Shown here one piece after another: positions 9,726-18,040 of a stretch of DNA of 54,734 nt. This DNA is from Betaproteobacteria bacterium (GTDB lineage Bacteria; Pseudomonadota; Gammaproteobacteria; Burkholderiales; SG8-41). The notes below the pieces were generated by a model that was not told the origin of the DNA, did not search any database, and saw nothing but the letters and a program-made list of their open reading frames with translations. Every line of letters begins with the position of its first letter. The stretch's first letter is position 1. Location of the stretch: positions 1 through 54,734 of the forward strand of contig JAQGMV010000252.1 of NCBI GenBank assembly GCA_028292225.1, in the 5' to 3' direction. Both the position numbers and the translations under genes were made by a program.

Positions 9726-9819
9726 CCCTGAAGCTCCCTTTTGTTTTGCGGCTAGTATAGCGGCGGCGCGTAGGCGCGGTATAACATTCGCCCGTCGCTA
9801 CAACTCGCAGGTGAGCCGC

Positions 9820-10266
9820 ATGAAGCCCGTTCATTACACCCGGTCGATTCTTATCTGCGCACTCGCGGCGCTCGGCGCCACGAGCGCTCTTGCGGATGCC
9901 GGACGCGTGAAAGTGTCCTCGGGCCCCGTTCATATCGAGCGCGGCGGGCAGCGCATCGCGGCCCCCGTCGACACGCTGGTGCAGGCAGAGGATACGATCG
10001 TCACGGGCGCGAACGGATCGGTCGGCGTGACCTTCACCGACAACACGCGCGTCTCGGCAGGCCCGAACAGCGTCCTTGCGATCAACCGCTACGCGTTCGA
10101 TCAGGCGACGCATGCGGGCACTTTCGATGCGACGATCAAGCGCGGCACGCTCGGCGTCATCTCCGGAAAAATGGCGAAAGCGTCGCCTGAGGCGGTGACG
10201 CTGCGCACCGCGTCGATGGTGATGGGCGTGAGGGGCACGGAGTTCGTCGTGTACGCGGGAGAATGA
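9820..10266 (+). CDS. Secreted FecR-domain protein
   Basis: ATG 9820 gives MKPVHYTRSILICALAALGATSALA (signal peptide) followed by a beta-rich FecR-like body (GSVGVTFTDNTRVSAGPNSVLAI). The upstream part of track ORF 9583-10266 overlaps the kinase gene and is rejected. Confidence 0.75.
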   Translation: MKPVHYTRSILICALAALGATSALADAGRVKVSSGPVHIERGGQRIAAPVDTLVQAEDTIVTGANGSVGVTFTDNTRVSAGPNSVLAINRYAFDQATHAGTFDATIKRGTLGVISGKMAKASPEAVTLRTASMVMGVRGTEFVVYAGE

Positions 10267-10871
10267 TCCTGCGCTTTATCTTCATTGCGGTTGCGCTGGT
10301 TCTCGGCGCGTGCGCGCAACCACCCGCGGGGCCGGTATCGCACGATCGGGTGGTGCTCCTGCCCGGCAGCGACGGCACGACAGGCGCGGTCATCGTCAGG
10401 CAGGGCGGCAGTCAAGCGCGCATCGACCAGGCTTATGCGAGTGCTCGCGCGGCGCCCGACGGCGGTCTCGAAGTGACGCAAGCCGATCCGGCGCAGGTGC
10501 GCGCGGAATTCGCCGGCGCCCTGAGCGCAATGCCGCCGGCGCCGCTTTCGTTCATCGTGTATTTCGTCTTCGGACAGGATGAGCTCACCGACGAATCGCG
10601 CAAAGAGCTCGCTCCCGTGCTGCAGGACATCACGCGCAGGGTTGCGCCTGAAGTCACCGTGATCGGCCACGCCGACCAGGCCGGACCTGAGCGCGTGAAC
10701 GATACCCTGGCGACCCGTCGCGCAGAGCGGGTGAAAGAGCTGCTCGTGCAGCGCGGCGTTCGCGCCGAGCGCATCGTCGCGGTCGGACGCGGATCGCGCG
10801 AGCCTGCTGTGCGCGCGGCCGAAGGTGTCGCCGAAGCGCGCAACCGCCGGGTGGAAATCAGCGTGCGCTGA
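10263..10871 (+). CDS. OmpA-like (peptidoglycan-binding) lipoprotein
   Basis: Lipobox LVLGAC. C-terminal OmpA_C-type motifs VIGHADQAGPERVNDTLATRRAERVKELLVQRGV...NRRVEISV. ATGA overlap with the FecR gene stop. Confidence 0.85.
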   Translation: MILRFIFIAVALVLGACAQPPAGPVSHDRVVLLPGSDGTTGAVIVRQGGSQARIDQAYASARAAPDGGLEVTQADPAQVRAEFAGALSAMPPAPLSFIVYFVFGQDELTDESRKELAPVLQDITRRVAPEVTVIGHADQAGPERVNDTLATRRAERVKELLVQRGVRAERIVAVGRGSREPAVRAAEGVAEARNRRVEISVR

Positions 10872-10918
10872 GTGCGGCACGGTGCGGCTCACGCGCTCAT
10901 CGCCGGTTCGTTTCACCG

Positions 10919-13036
10919 CTAGATCCCTCCGCGCCACGACACGAGGAGCAGCGTCTGATCGTCGGCCGGCTCGCTGCCCGCTTCGAATGCCTTGATCGCT
11001 GCGACGATCTCGTGCCCCAGCACGGTCGGGTCGACGCCGCGCCGGACGGGGGACTCGAGCAGCGCGCGCAACCGCTCGCGTCCATAGAGGGCGCCGGTGC
11101 GGTTCATCGCTTCGGTGAAGCCGTCGGACGCGAGCACGAGCACGTCGCGCGGTTCCAGCCTCGCCCGCGCTTCCTCGTACGGGTAATCCTCTATCACGCA
11201 CAGCGGCGGGCCGCCGCCGTCGTCGAGCAGCACGGTTTCGCCCGAACGTCGCGTGAGTATCGGCGGCTCGTGGCCGGCGTTGCAGTACACCAGGTCCCCC
11301 GTTTTGAGATCGATGACGAGCGCGACCATCGTGACGAACATCTGCTCGGGGTTTTCGCGCGAAAGCTCTTCGTTCACAGTGGTCATGAGATCGGCGGGGC
11401 CCGCGTTGCGCCGCATCGCCGCGCTTTTCGCAAGCGCCTTGCTCACCGCCATGAACATCGCCGCGGGCAGCCCCTTGCCCGAGACATCGCCGACGAGCAC
11501 GAGGAAACGCTCGTCCGGCAGCGGAAAAAAGTCGTACAGGTCGCCGCCGACTTCGCGCGCGGCGCTCATCATCGCGAAGAGCTCGACGCGGCGCTCGGTC
11601 TTGAGCACCGAGTCGCGCGTGGGGAGCATGCCCATCTGGATGCGCCTGGCGGCTTCGAGCTCGCCCGTCACGCGTGCAGCTGCTTCGCGCTCGGTGGCCA
11701 GTCGCGCGCTCAACTGGCGCCGCTGAAGGTCGAGACCGACCAGCGTTGCCGCGAGCATGAGACCGTACAGCACCGTCACGCCGGCGATGGGCGCGGTCGG
11801 ATCGAGCAGCGTGCGGCCCCACGCATAGGCGGCAAAGCCGGCGAGCGCGAAGGTGAGCCAGCATACGAGCAGTATCGTAAACGAGCGCCTCGGCCGCACG
11901 CTGGGAACCGTCATGATCAGCACCGCGGCTGCGAACAGGAAGGCCAGCGCTTCGACAGGTCTCGCCCACGGCGGCCTCGACAGCAGCGCGCCTTCGAAGA
12001 CGTTTTCGACGAGTTGCGCGTGGATCTCGATTCCGGGAAGCTGCTCGCCGCGTGCGGTCGTGTGCTGATCGAGGAGGGCAAGCGCAGTCACGCCGACCAT
12101 CGCGATCTTGCCTTCGAGCAGGTCGGGGACGTCGCGTCCGTCGAGCACGTCCGCCGCGGAGACGAAGCGGGAAGGGTCGTGCTTCGAGAAGTGGATCCAT
12201 GCGCGGCCGTCCGCTTGCGCCGGCACGACGATGTCGCCGATCTGCACGTGGGCGACGCCGCGTTCGTGCGAGACGTTGAACGAGCGCACCGACGCGGCGA
12301 TCCTGAAGCTTTCCAGCGCGAGCGTGAGCATCGGCTCTCCGCCGACGTACGCGACGATCGGTACCCGCCGCACGATTCCGCGCTCGGGCTCCGCGTTGAT
12401 CATGCCGTGGCCGCGCGCCTCGCTGTCGATCAGCGGAAGGCTGCGCAGCACGCCGGTATAGCGGTAGAGCGGCATCTCGGGACCGACCACGGTTACGGCG
12501 CCTGAGGAGGCGCCGCGGTCGATCGGCTGCTCGATTCCCGCGACACCGAGCACTACAGGTGCGCGGCGTATGGACTCGGCGAGCAGCTCGTCGTTCGGGC
12601 GCAGCTTTGCGAGCTGGTCCGCGGCCGCCGGATCGCGTTTGCGCAGCGCCAGGGCGATGCGTTCAGGCGATGAACGATCCGGCTCGGTGAACAGCAGATC
12701 GAGCGCGATCGCGGCAGGCTGGCGCGCGGCGATGCGGTCGATCAGACGTGCGATCACGTCGCGCGGCCACGGCCACTGTCCGACGCGGGTGAGGCTTTCG
12801 TCGTCGACCGCAACGATGACGGCAGGCGCTGATTGCCGCACGCGGGGGAGCCACACCTGGTAGTAGTCGAACGCCGCGAGACGCATCGCGGGCAGCGGCC
12901 CCGGGTCGGGGATTAGCATCACTGCGGCGAACAGCGCCGAGAGCAGGATCCCGAGCCATCGCCCGCGGCCGCTCGCGAGCCATCGCCGCCATGCTACCGG
13001 GGCCGCTGCCGCGGGGCGATCCGGCGGGGACGCCAC
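10919..13036 (-). CDS. CHASE2 sensor domain / transmembrane / PP2C (SpoIIE-type) serine phosphatase
   Basis: 705 aa. N-terminal TM, then CHASE2-like AVIVAVDDESLTRVGQWPWPRDVIARLIDRI...IALDLLFTEPD. Three further TM helices and a coiled linker follow. PP2C motifs are GGDLYDFF and VLVGDVSGKGLPAAMFMA...ASDGFTEA. GTG start 3 nt after the MBL gene stop. Confidence 0.85.
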   Translation of the reverse strand: MASPPDRPAAAAPVAWRRWLASGRGRWLGILLSALFAAVMLIPDPGPLPAMRLAAFDYYQVWLPRVRQSAPAVIVAVDDESLTRVGQWPWPRDVIARLIDRIAARQPAAIALDLLFTEPDRSSPERIALALRKRDPAAADQLAKLRPNDELLAESIRRAPVVLGVAGIEQPIDRGASSGAVTVVGPEMPLYRYTGVLRSLPLIDSEARGHGMINAEPERGIVRRVPIVAYVGGEPMLTLALESFRIAASVRSFNVSHERGVAHVQIGDIVVPAQADGRAWIHFSKHDPSRFVSAADVLDGRDVPDLLEGKIAMVGVTALALLDQHTTARGEQLPGIEIHAQLVENVFEGALLSRPPWARPVEALAFLFAAAVLIMTVPSVRPRRSFTILLVCWLTFALAGFAAYAWGRTLLDPTAPIAGVTVLYGLMLAATLVGLDLQRRQLSARLATEREAAARVTGELEAARRIQMGMLPTRDSVLKTERRVELFAMMSAAREVGGDLYDFFPLPDERFLVLVGDVSGKGLPAAMFMAVSKALAKSAAMRRNAGPADLMTTVNEELSRENPEQMFVTMVALVIDLKTGDLVYCNAGHEPPILTRRSGETVLLDDGGGPPLCVIEDYPYEEARARLEPRDVLVLASDGFTEAMNRTGALYGRERLRALLESPVRRGVDPTVLGHEIVAAIKAFEAGSEPADDQTLLLVSWRGGI

Positions 13037-13039
13037 GGG

Positions 13040-13999
13040 CTAAAGGGTGATCTCTAGACCGTCGTATGCTGCCGTGACGGTGACCGGATGCTCTTCGCGG
13101 GTGATTTCTTCGAGGCGCTGGGTCTCGCGCCACACGCGCTCTATCGTCGCGTCGTCGTACGCGGGCTCATGGTGGAAGAGGACGAGGTGTTTCGCCTGCG
13201 CGAGCTGGCAGAGCTCGACGCCCACCACGTTGCTCGAATGTCCCCAGTCCTCCTTGACCGACACCGTGTCCGCGAGCGAGTACATCGCGTCGAAGATGAC
13301 GAGATCGGCGTCGTGGAAGAAGTCGATGAATTTCCGGGTCTCTTCGGCGTCCTCGACCTTGTGCTCCGAATCGGTCGAATAGATGACCGCTTTGCCGTCG
13401 CGCTCGAAACGATAGCCGTACGAGTCCCCGCCGTGGACCTGAGGCTTGGGCGTGACGCGGTAGCCCGCGATCTCGTAGGTGCGCAGCGGCTCGAGCACCA
13501 CGAACTCGATCTTCGCGGCCATCACCGAAAAGTCGACGGGGAACGACGGCTGCGCCTGCTGGCGCCTGAACGCGTGCTCGAGCTCGGCATGGCAGCCGTA
13601 GATCGTGATCTTGTGCCCCGGGATATACGCGGGCGTGAAAAACGGGAAACCCATGATGTGATCCCAGTGCAGGTGCGACTGGAACACGTGGAATTCGCCG
13701 GGCACGCCTTTGAGCTCGCGCAGCGCGTCGCCGGCCGCCGCGCGCGCACCCGAGCCCATGTCGAGCAGGACTCGCCCGGCGCCTTCGGAGCGTAGCTCGA
13801 TGCACGACGAGTTGCCGCCGAAGGTGTGAGACGTCGCGAACGGCAGGGTATCTGCGAAAGCGCTCGCTTTTTCGGGTGTGTCGAGATCGCGGCCCGATGC
13901 CGCCACGAGCGCGTCGACGAGCTTTACGCGCAACGCTTTCGCGGTGAGCGCCGCGGGAATCGAGCCGCGCGTGCCCCAGAACCGGACGTTGATCGACAT
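13040..13999 (-). CDS. MBL-fold metallo-hydrolase
   Basis: 319 aa with an intact HxHxDH motif (SHLHWDHIMGFPFF). The ATG lies 1 nt after the STAS gene stop. Confidence 0.85.
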   Translation of the reverse strand: MSINVRFWGTRGSIPAALTAKALRVKLVDALVAASGRDLDTPEKASAFADTLPFATSHTFGGNSSCIELRSEGAGRVLLDMGSGARAAAGDALRELKGVPGEFHVFQSHLHWDHIMGFPFFTPAYIPGHKITIYGCHAELEHAFRRQQAQPSFPVDFSVMAAKIEFVVLEPLRTYEIAGYRVTPKPQVHGGDSYGYRFERDGKAVIYSTDSEHKVEDAEETRKFIDFFHDADLVIFDAMYSLADTVSVKEDWGHSSNVVGVELCQLAQAKHLVLFHHEPAYDDATIERVWRETQRLEEITREEHPVTVTAAYDGLEITL

Positions 14000-14000
14000 G

Positions 14001-14354
14001 TCAGGCGGGGGCGCTCACCGCGGCGACCGCATCGTTGACGCCGACATGACACGCCACGACCTTGTCGAAGCGGCTGATCTGGAAAATTTCGTTGACCAGG
14101 GGCTGGAGTGCCGCCACGGCGATTTTGCCGCCGGACGAACGGGCTTCCTTGGCCGCGAGCATCAGTACGCGCAGCCCGGCGCTGGAGATGTAGTCGACGC
14201 CGGAAAAATCCAGCACGACCGATTCGCCGCCCGCGGCTGCGGAGCTGATGAGCGGGATCAGGCGCTCGCGGAACTGGTCGGCGGTCGCCATGTCGATGCG
14301 CCCTGCGGGCGCCAGCACGACCGTCTTCCCCGCACGTCGCTCGGTAAGTTCCAC
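14001..14354 (-). CDS. STAS-domain anti-sigma-factor antagonist (RsbV/SpoIIAA-like)
   Basis: GTG 14354 is preceded by GGAGG 7 nt upstream. Protein reads VELTERRAGKTVVLAPAGRIDMATADQFRERL...DFSGVDYISSAGLRVL (DSSG-like phosphorylatable Ser motif). The longer track ORF (to 14549) has no RBS support. Confidence 0.8.
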   Translation of the reverse strand: MELTERRAGKTVVLAPAGRIDMATADQFRERLIPLISSAAAGGESVVLDFSGVDYISSAGLRVLMLAAKEARSSGGKIAVAALQPLVNEIFQISRFDKVVACHVGVNDAVAAVSAPA

Positions 14355-14607
14355 CTGATGACCTCCAGTTGATGATCGGCTTGCCCGCTTGGTTGGATTG
14401 CGGAGGAGAAGACCCCTCACTGGCGGACAAAGGGCATTCTCGGTCAGACGCCGCACGGTGACAAGCCCGGAGTGCATAAGAAACACGTGCTTGCGCCCTT
14501 GTGGTATCCGTTGCGCGGGAAAAGCGATCCGGATTCGATTTTCCTGCAACCGGGCACACGGGCGGCGGCGTTCGTCGCCCTTCGCGTCGTTATTCGCCGA
14601 CGCTTTT

Positions 14608-15015
14608 TCACGTCGTGAACCACACGACGTGCCCGATATAAGCCTGATAGAGGCACATCAGCGCCTCGGCGATGATCACGACGAACGTGAGCACCGCGCC
14701 CCAGTAGCGGCCGAACGCGAAATCGCGCGTGAAAGACAGCGCATAGCCGTGGAGGGCGCGCGCGACCACCAGGCCGATGCCGATGGCATGGAGCGCGTAA
14801 ATCGAGAAACGGCTGAGCTCCAGTATCACAAGCAGCAGCAGCGCGAGCGGGACGTATTCGCAGAAATTCGCCTGGCCGCGAATCGCGCGCTGCAGGCCCG
14901 GGTTTCCGCCGTCGCCGAGGCTCACCCTCGCCGAGCGGCGCTGGTCGATCACACGCAGGCTCAATACCATCAGCCACAGCGCGAGCAGGCCTGCATACAA
15001 AGGGGTGACGACCAT
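14608..15015 (-). CDS. MAPEG-family inner membrane protein (YecN-like)
   Basis: MVVTPLYAGLLALWLMVLSLRVIDQRR...GQANFCEYVPLALLLL. AAGGAG lies 5 nt upstream of ATG 15015. Confidence 0.85.
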   Translation of the reverse strand: MVVTPLYAGLLALWLMVLSLRVIDQRRSARVSLGDGGNPGLQRAIRGQANFCEYVPLALLLLVILELSRFSIYALHAIGIGLVVARALHGYALSFTRDFAFGRYWGAVLTFVVIIAEALMCLYQAYIGHVVWFTT

Positions 15016-15057
15016 AGCGGCTCCTTCCATGTCGAGTTGACCGCGTGCAGGCGCTCT

Positions 15058-16164
15058 TTATTCCCGCTTCTTCGCTCGCTGCTCGCCGAGATGGATGCCG
15101 AGGCCGCGTGCAGTGTGCACGAGTGCATCGTTCGGGTCGAGCGTGCGCGCGCCGATCGTCACGTCGGAGAGCGGCACGTCGATCACGCCGCGGTCGCGCC
15201 ACGCGACCATCCGCGAAAACCTGCGCTGGGCCACAATGTCGACGGCATGTACGCCGAATGCCGAGGCCAGCAGCCGGTCACGCGGCGAGGGGCTGCCGCC
15301 GCGCTGAAGGTGGCCCAGGAGGGTCACCCTGATTTCCGCCGGCGTGTGGGACACGAGCTTTTCCGCGAGGTAATGGCCGATGCCGCCGTATCGCGCCTGG
15401 CCGCCGGCGTTCAACACCTGCGCGGCGCCGCCGGCTTCGGTCTTCACGCCTTCGGCGACGACCACGAGCGCGTGCGTGCGTCCTTGCGCGAGCAGCGCGT
15501 TGATGCGCCGCGCGACGCCTGCGACGGTATACGGCAGCTCGGGCACGAGGATGATGTCCGCGCCGCCGGCGATGCCACCGTTGAGTGCGATGTGGCCGGT
15601 ATCCCGGCCCATCACTTCGAGAATCATTACCCGATGGTGGCTCGCCGCGGTCGGCTGCAGCCGGTCGAGCGCTTCGGTAACGACGTTGATCGCCGTCGCA
15701 AAACCCACCGAGTACTCGGTGCAGTACACGTCGTTGTCGATGGTCTTGGGCACGCCGACCATGCCGATAGGCGCGCTCTCGCAAAGCTTCGAGACGATGC
15801 GCATCGAGCCGTCGCCGCCGACCACGATCAGTGCGTCGAGGCCGAGCGCCTTGACGCCCTGCGCGAACTCCGGCGACAGGTCGCGGAAGCTGCCGTCGGG
15901 CATCTCGCAGTGCAGCGGGTTGCCTTTACTCGTCGTACCCAGGAACGTGCCGCTTTCGCGCAGCAGGCTCGCGTCGAACGTGTCGATGCGAAGCTCGCGG
16001 TAGCGCGGCGGCCGGTCGAGGAGGCCGGCAGTGCCGTCGAGCACGCCGAGCACTCTCCACCCATAGCCCTGTATCGCGCGATACGTGACGGCGCGGATGA
16101 CCGCGTTCAATCCGGCGCAGTCTCCGCCGCTCGTGAGCACCCCGATGGTTTTGATGTCGCTCAT
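15058..16164 (-). CDS. pfk: 6-phosphofructokinase (phosphoryl donor not decidable from sequence)
   Basis: 368 aa with TSGGDCAGLNA, VVGGDGS, PKTIDND and MGRDTGH. It carries a mixed Gly104/Lys124-type signature (E. coli PfkA numbering). Confidence 0.9.
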   Translation of the reverse strand: MSDIKTIGVLTSGGDCAGLNAVIRAVTYRAIQGYGWRVLGVLDGTAGLLDRPPRYRELRIDTFDASLLRESGTFLGTTSKGNPLHCEMPDGSFRDLSPEFAQGVKALGLDALIVVGGDGSMRIVSKLCESAPIGMVGVPKTIDNDVYCTEYSVGFATAINVVTEALDRLQPTAASHHRVMILEVMGRDTGHIALNGGIAGGADIILVPELPYTVAGVARRINALLAQGRTHALVVVAEGVKTEAGGAAQVLNAGGQARYGGIGHYLAEKLVSHTPAEIRVTLLGHLQRGGSPSPRDRLLASAFGVHAVDIVAQRRFSRMVAWRDRGVIDVPLSDVTIGARTLDPNDALVHTARGLGIHLGEQRAKKRE

Positions 16165-16236
16165 CAGCGGCGTTTAGGCAAACGGCGCGCCCGAAAGGTC
16201 GACGCCGCTGCTCCGGCACGCTTTGGAGTTCGATGT

Positions 16237-16611
16237 TCAGGATCGGATCGCGGCGATGGCGAGGCAGAGCCATCCGGCGAGCAGCGCAAGCCCGCCGATC
16301 GGCGTGATCGCGCCCAGCCAGCGCACGCCGGTGAGGCTCAACACGTACAGGCTGCCGGAGAAAACGACGGTGCCGGCAACGAACAGCCAGCCTGCGGTCG
16401 TCACGAGCGTTCCCGGCCATTTTGTGCAAGCCCACGCGCACGCGAGCAGCGCCAGCGCGTGGAACATCTGATAGCGCACGGCGACTTCGAACACTGCGAG
16501 GAGGTCGGGGGTGATCCGGCTCCTGAGCCCGTGAGCGCCGAAAGCGCCGGCAGCGACCGCGATAAAAGCAGAGAACGAGCCGATCGCGAAGAAAAGCCGC
16601 TCGGAGGTCAT
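16237..16611 (-). CDS. DUF423-family membrane protein (YgdD-like)
   Basis: MTSERLFFAIGSFSAFIAVAAGAFGAHGL...; four TM helices. The ATG forms an ATGA overlap with the stop of the M48 remnant frame. Confidence 0.85.
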   Translation of the reverse strand: MTSERLFFAIGSFSAFIAVAAGAFGAHGLRSRITPDLLAVFEVAVRYQMFHALALLACAWACTKWPGTLVTTAGWLFVAGTVVFSGSLYVLSLTGVRWLGAITPIGGLALLAGWLCLAIAAIRS

Positions 16612-16821
16612 TGCACAGGCTTCGCGAGCTGCTCTTTGATGCGCGCGATGCGGCCCGCGGGACTTGGGTGCGCGCTCGCGAATTCGGGCGGGCGGCTTGC
16701 GCCGGAGGCCTGTTCGAGTTTTTGCATGACGGTGACCATCGCCTGCGGATCGTACCCGGCTTCGCGCATGAGCCGCAAGCCGATCGTGCGGGTGCTGCAC
16801 GGCGGGGCCACGAACGGCCCT
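16608..16821 (-). pseudogene. C-terminal remnant of an M48-family zinc metallopeptidase
   Basis: The frame reads ...TIGLRLMREAGYDPQAMVTVMQKLEQASGASRPPEFASAHPSPAGRIARIKEQLAKPVQ*. This matches the conserved M48 C-terminus (AGYDP..., STHPS...RI). The HExxH-bearing N-terminal two-thirds is missing, because the upstream sequence is occupied by the PhyH gene in another frame. Confidence 0.6.
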
Positions 16822-17598
16822 TCAGTCGTAAGCCGCAGGCTCGTGACCGCCGAGCAGGCGCAGTTGGCGTTTCGACGCGGTCGCGAGCACGCGCGGATCG
16901 AAACGCCACTCGAGGAAAGGGGAGTAATGCTGCGCCATTTCTCGCCGGCCGTAATGGACCTGGAGCAGATACCGAATCTCGCGCTGACTCGAGTTGTCGC
17001 TGCCGCCATGCCAGAGGTCGCTGCGGAAGATCAATGCGTCGCCGGCCTGCGCGAGGACACGCTCAGCCGCGCGGCCGTTCCAATCCGGTTCCGCGTTTCG
17101 CGGTGCGCGTCCCGCGCGGTGACTGCCGGGGACGATACGCGTCGGCGCGAGCGCTGCGGTGACTTCGCTCAGATGGAAATGCACCGTGAGTATGAAAATC
17201 GGCACGCGCACCGCGTCGGGCAGCGAGCCTTCGGACCAGTGGAGCGGAAGGTAATCCGCGTGCAGCGGCTCGCCCCGAAAGCCGGGATGCGACCGCCACG
17301 CCGTCTCTCCGATGACGTGGCACTCGGCACCGAGCGCGGCTTCGGCGAGATCGATGATGCCGGGACGATCGAGAAACCGGAGCCAGGAAGCGTCGCGGTT
17401 GAAGACGTTGAGATAACGATCCATGAACCGGCCGCCGATCGCGTGGGTTTCATCCCAGTGTATCGGCTCGAGCGCATCGATCGCCCGTCGTGCGTGGCTG
17501 CATTGTTCCGGCGTAGCCGCGGCGGGAACGAAGACACAGCCGTCGCGGGCCAGCCCCTCGAGCATCGCTGCGGTTTCGAAAATCGCGTAGCGCTGCAT
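16822..17598 (-). CDS. Phytanoyl-CoA dioxygenase (PhyH)-family Fe(II)/2OG oxygenase
   Basis: 258 aa with HADY (His-x-Asp) and a distal His in FRSDLWHGGSDN. Confidence 0.85.
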   Translation of the reverse strand: MQRYAIFETAAMLEGLARDGCVFVPAAATPEQCSHARRAIDALEPIHWDETHAIGGRFMDRYLNVFNRDASWLRFLDRPGIIDLAEAALGAECHVIGETAWRSHPGFRGEPLHADYLPLHWSEGSLPDAVRVPIFILTVHFHLSEVTAALAPTRIVPGSHRAGRAPRNAEPDWNGRAAERVLAQAGDALIFRSDLWHGGSDNSSQREIRYLLQVHYGRREMAQHYSPFLEWRFDPRVLATASKRQLRLLGGHEPAAYD

Positions 17599-17612
17599 GT
17601 CGAGAGCCGGCT

Positions 17613-17969
17613 TCAGCAGCCTTCGAGGAGCGCGTCCATGAGGTCGCTGCGCCGGCCGGTCGTGGTCACCATCAGCACGATGCTGGCACTCGAGCCATCG
17701 CCCGCACGCCGGAAATCACCGGTTCCGTAGAGCACGCCGTTTTTCACGCGCACGATCACCTCGAAGCTGTCGCCGCGCGGATGAATCTCGGCCACGAGCG
17801 CGCTGCTGTGCTCCTCTGCGTTGCGCGCGAAACACGCCGCCGCTTTGTCGGGCGGCTGCCGGAGGCGAACGGTTTCGCGCGAGCCGGCTGCGCCGGATTG
17901 CCGCGCAGGCGACGAGCATCCTGCGAGCAGGGCGGACACGGTGAATACTGCGATCGTCGTATAACGCAT
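17613..17969 (-). CDS. Hypothetical lipoprotein
   Basis: ATG 17969 with GGAG upstream. MRYTTIAVFTVSALLAGCSS (lipobox LLAGC). I recognise no family. Confidence 0.65.
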   Translation of the reverse strand: MRYTTIAVFTVSALLAGCSSPARQSGAAGSRETVRLRQPPDKAAACFARNAEEHSSALVAEIHPRGDSFEVIVRVKNGVLYGTGDFRRAGDGSSASIVLMVTTTGRRSDLMDALLEGC

Positions 17970-18040
17970 GTGAAAACTCCGGGCCCGATGGGCGTGCAGG
18001 CGGCGTTCCTGAAATTGCGCACAGCGCTGCAGGCGACGCA

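Noticed and set aside
9583-9819. N-terminal extensions offered by the ORF track. They include FecR 9583, DUF423 16800, lipoprotein 18101, HExxH protein 18985, DEAD-box 38344, TctC 26896, STAS 14549, ZnF-UBP 21650 and the hypothetical protein at 22017.
   Set aside because: The extensions overlap neighbouring genes or intergenic hairpins. They lack RBS support and precede obvious signal peptides or family N-termini. Internal ATG/GTG starts with Shine-Dalgarno support were chosen instead.
14389-17730. 1113-aa ORF on the plus strand, the longest in the track.
   Set aside because: It runs antisense to five well-supported minus-strand genes (MAPEG, pfk, DUF423, M48 stub, PhyH). It is Arg/Ala/Gly-rich with no recognisable motifs. 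This is the typical open-antisense-frame artefact of high-GC DNA.
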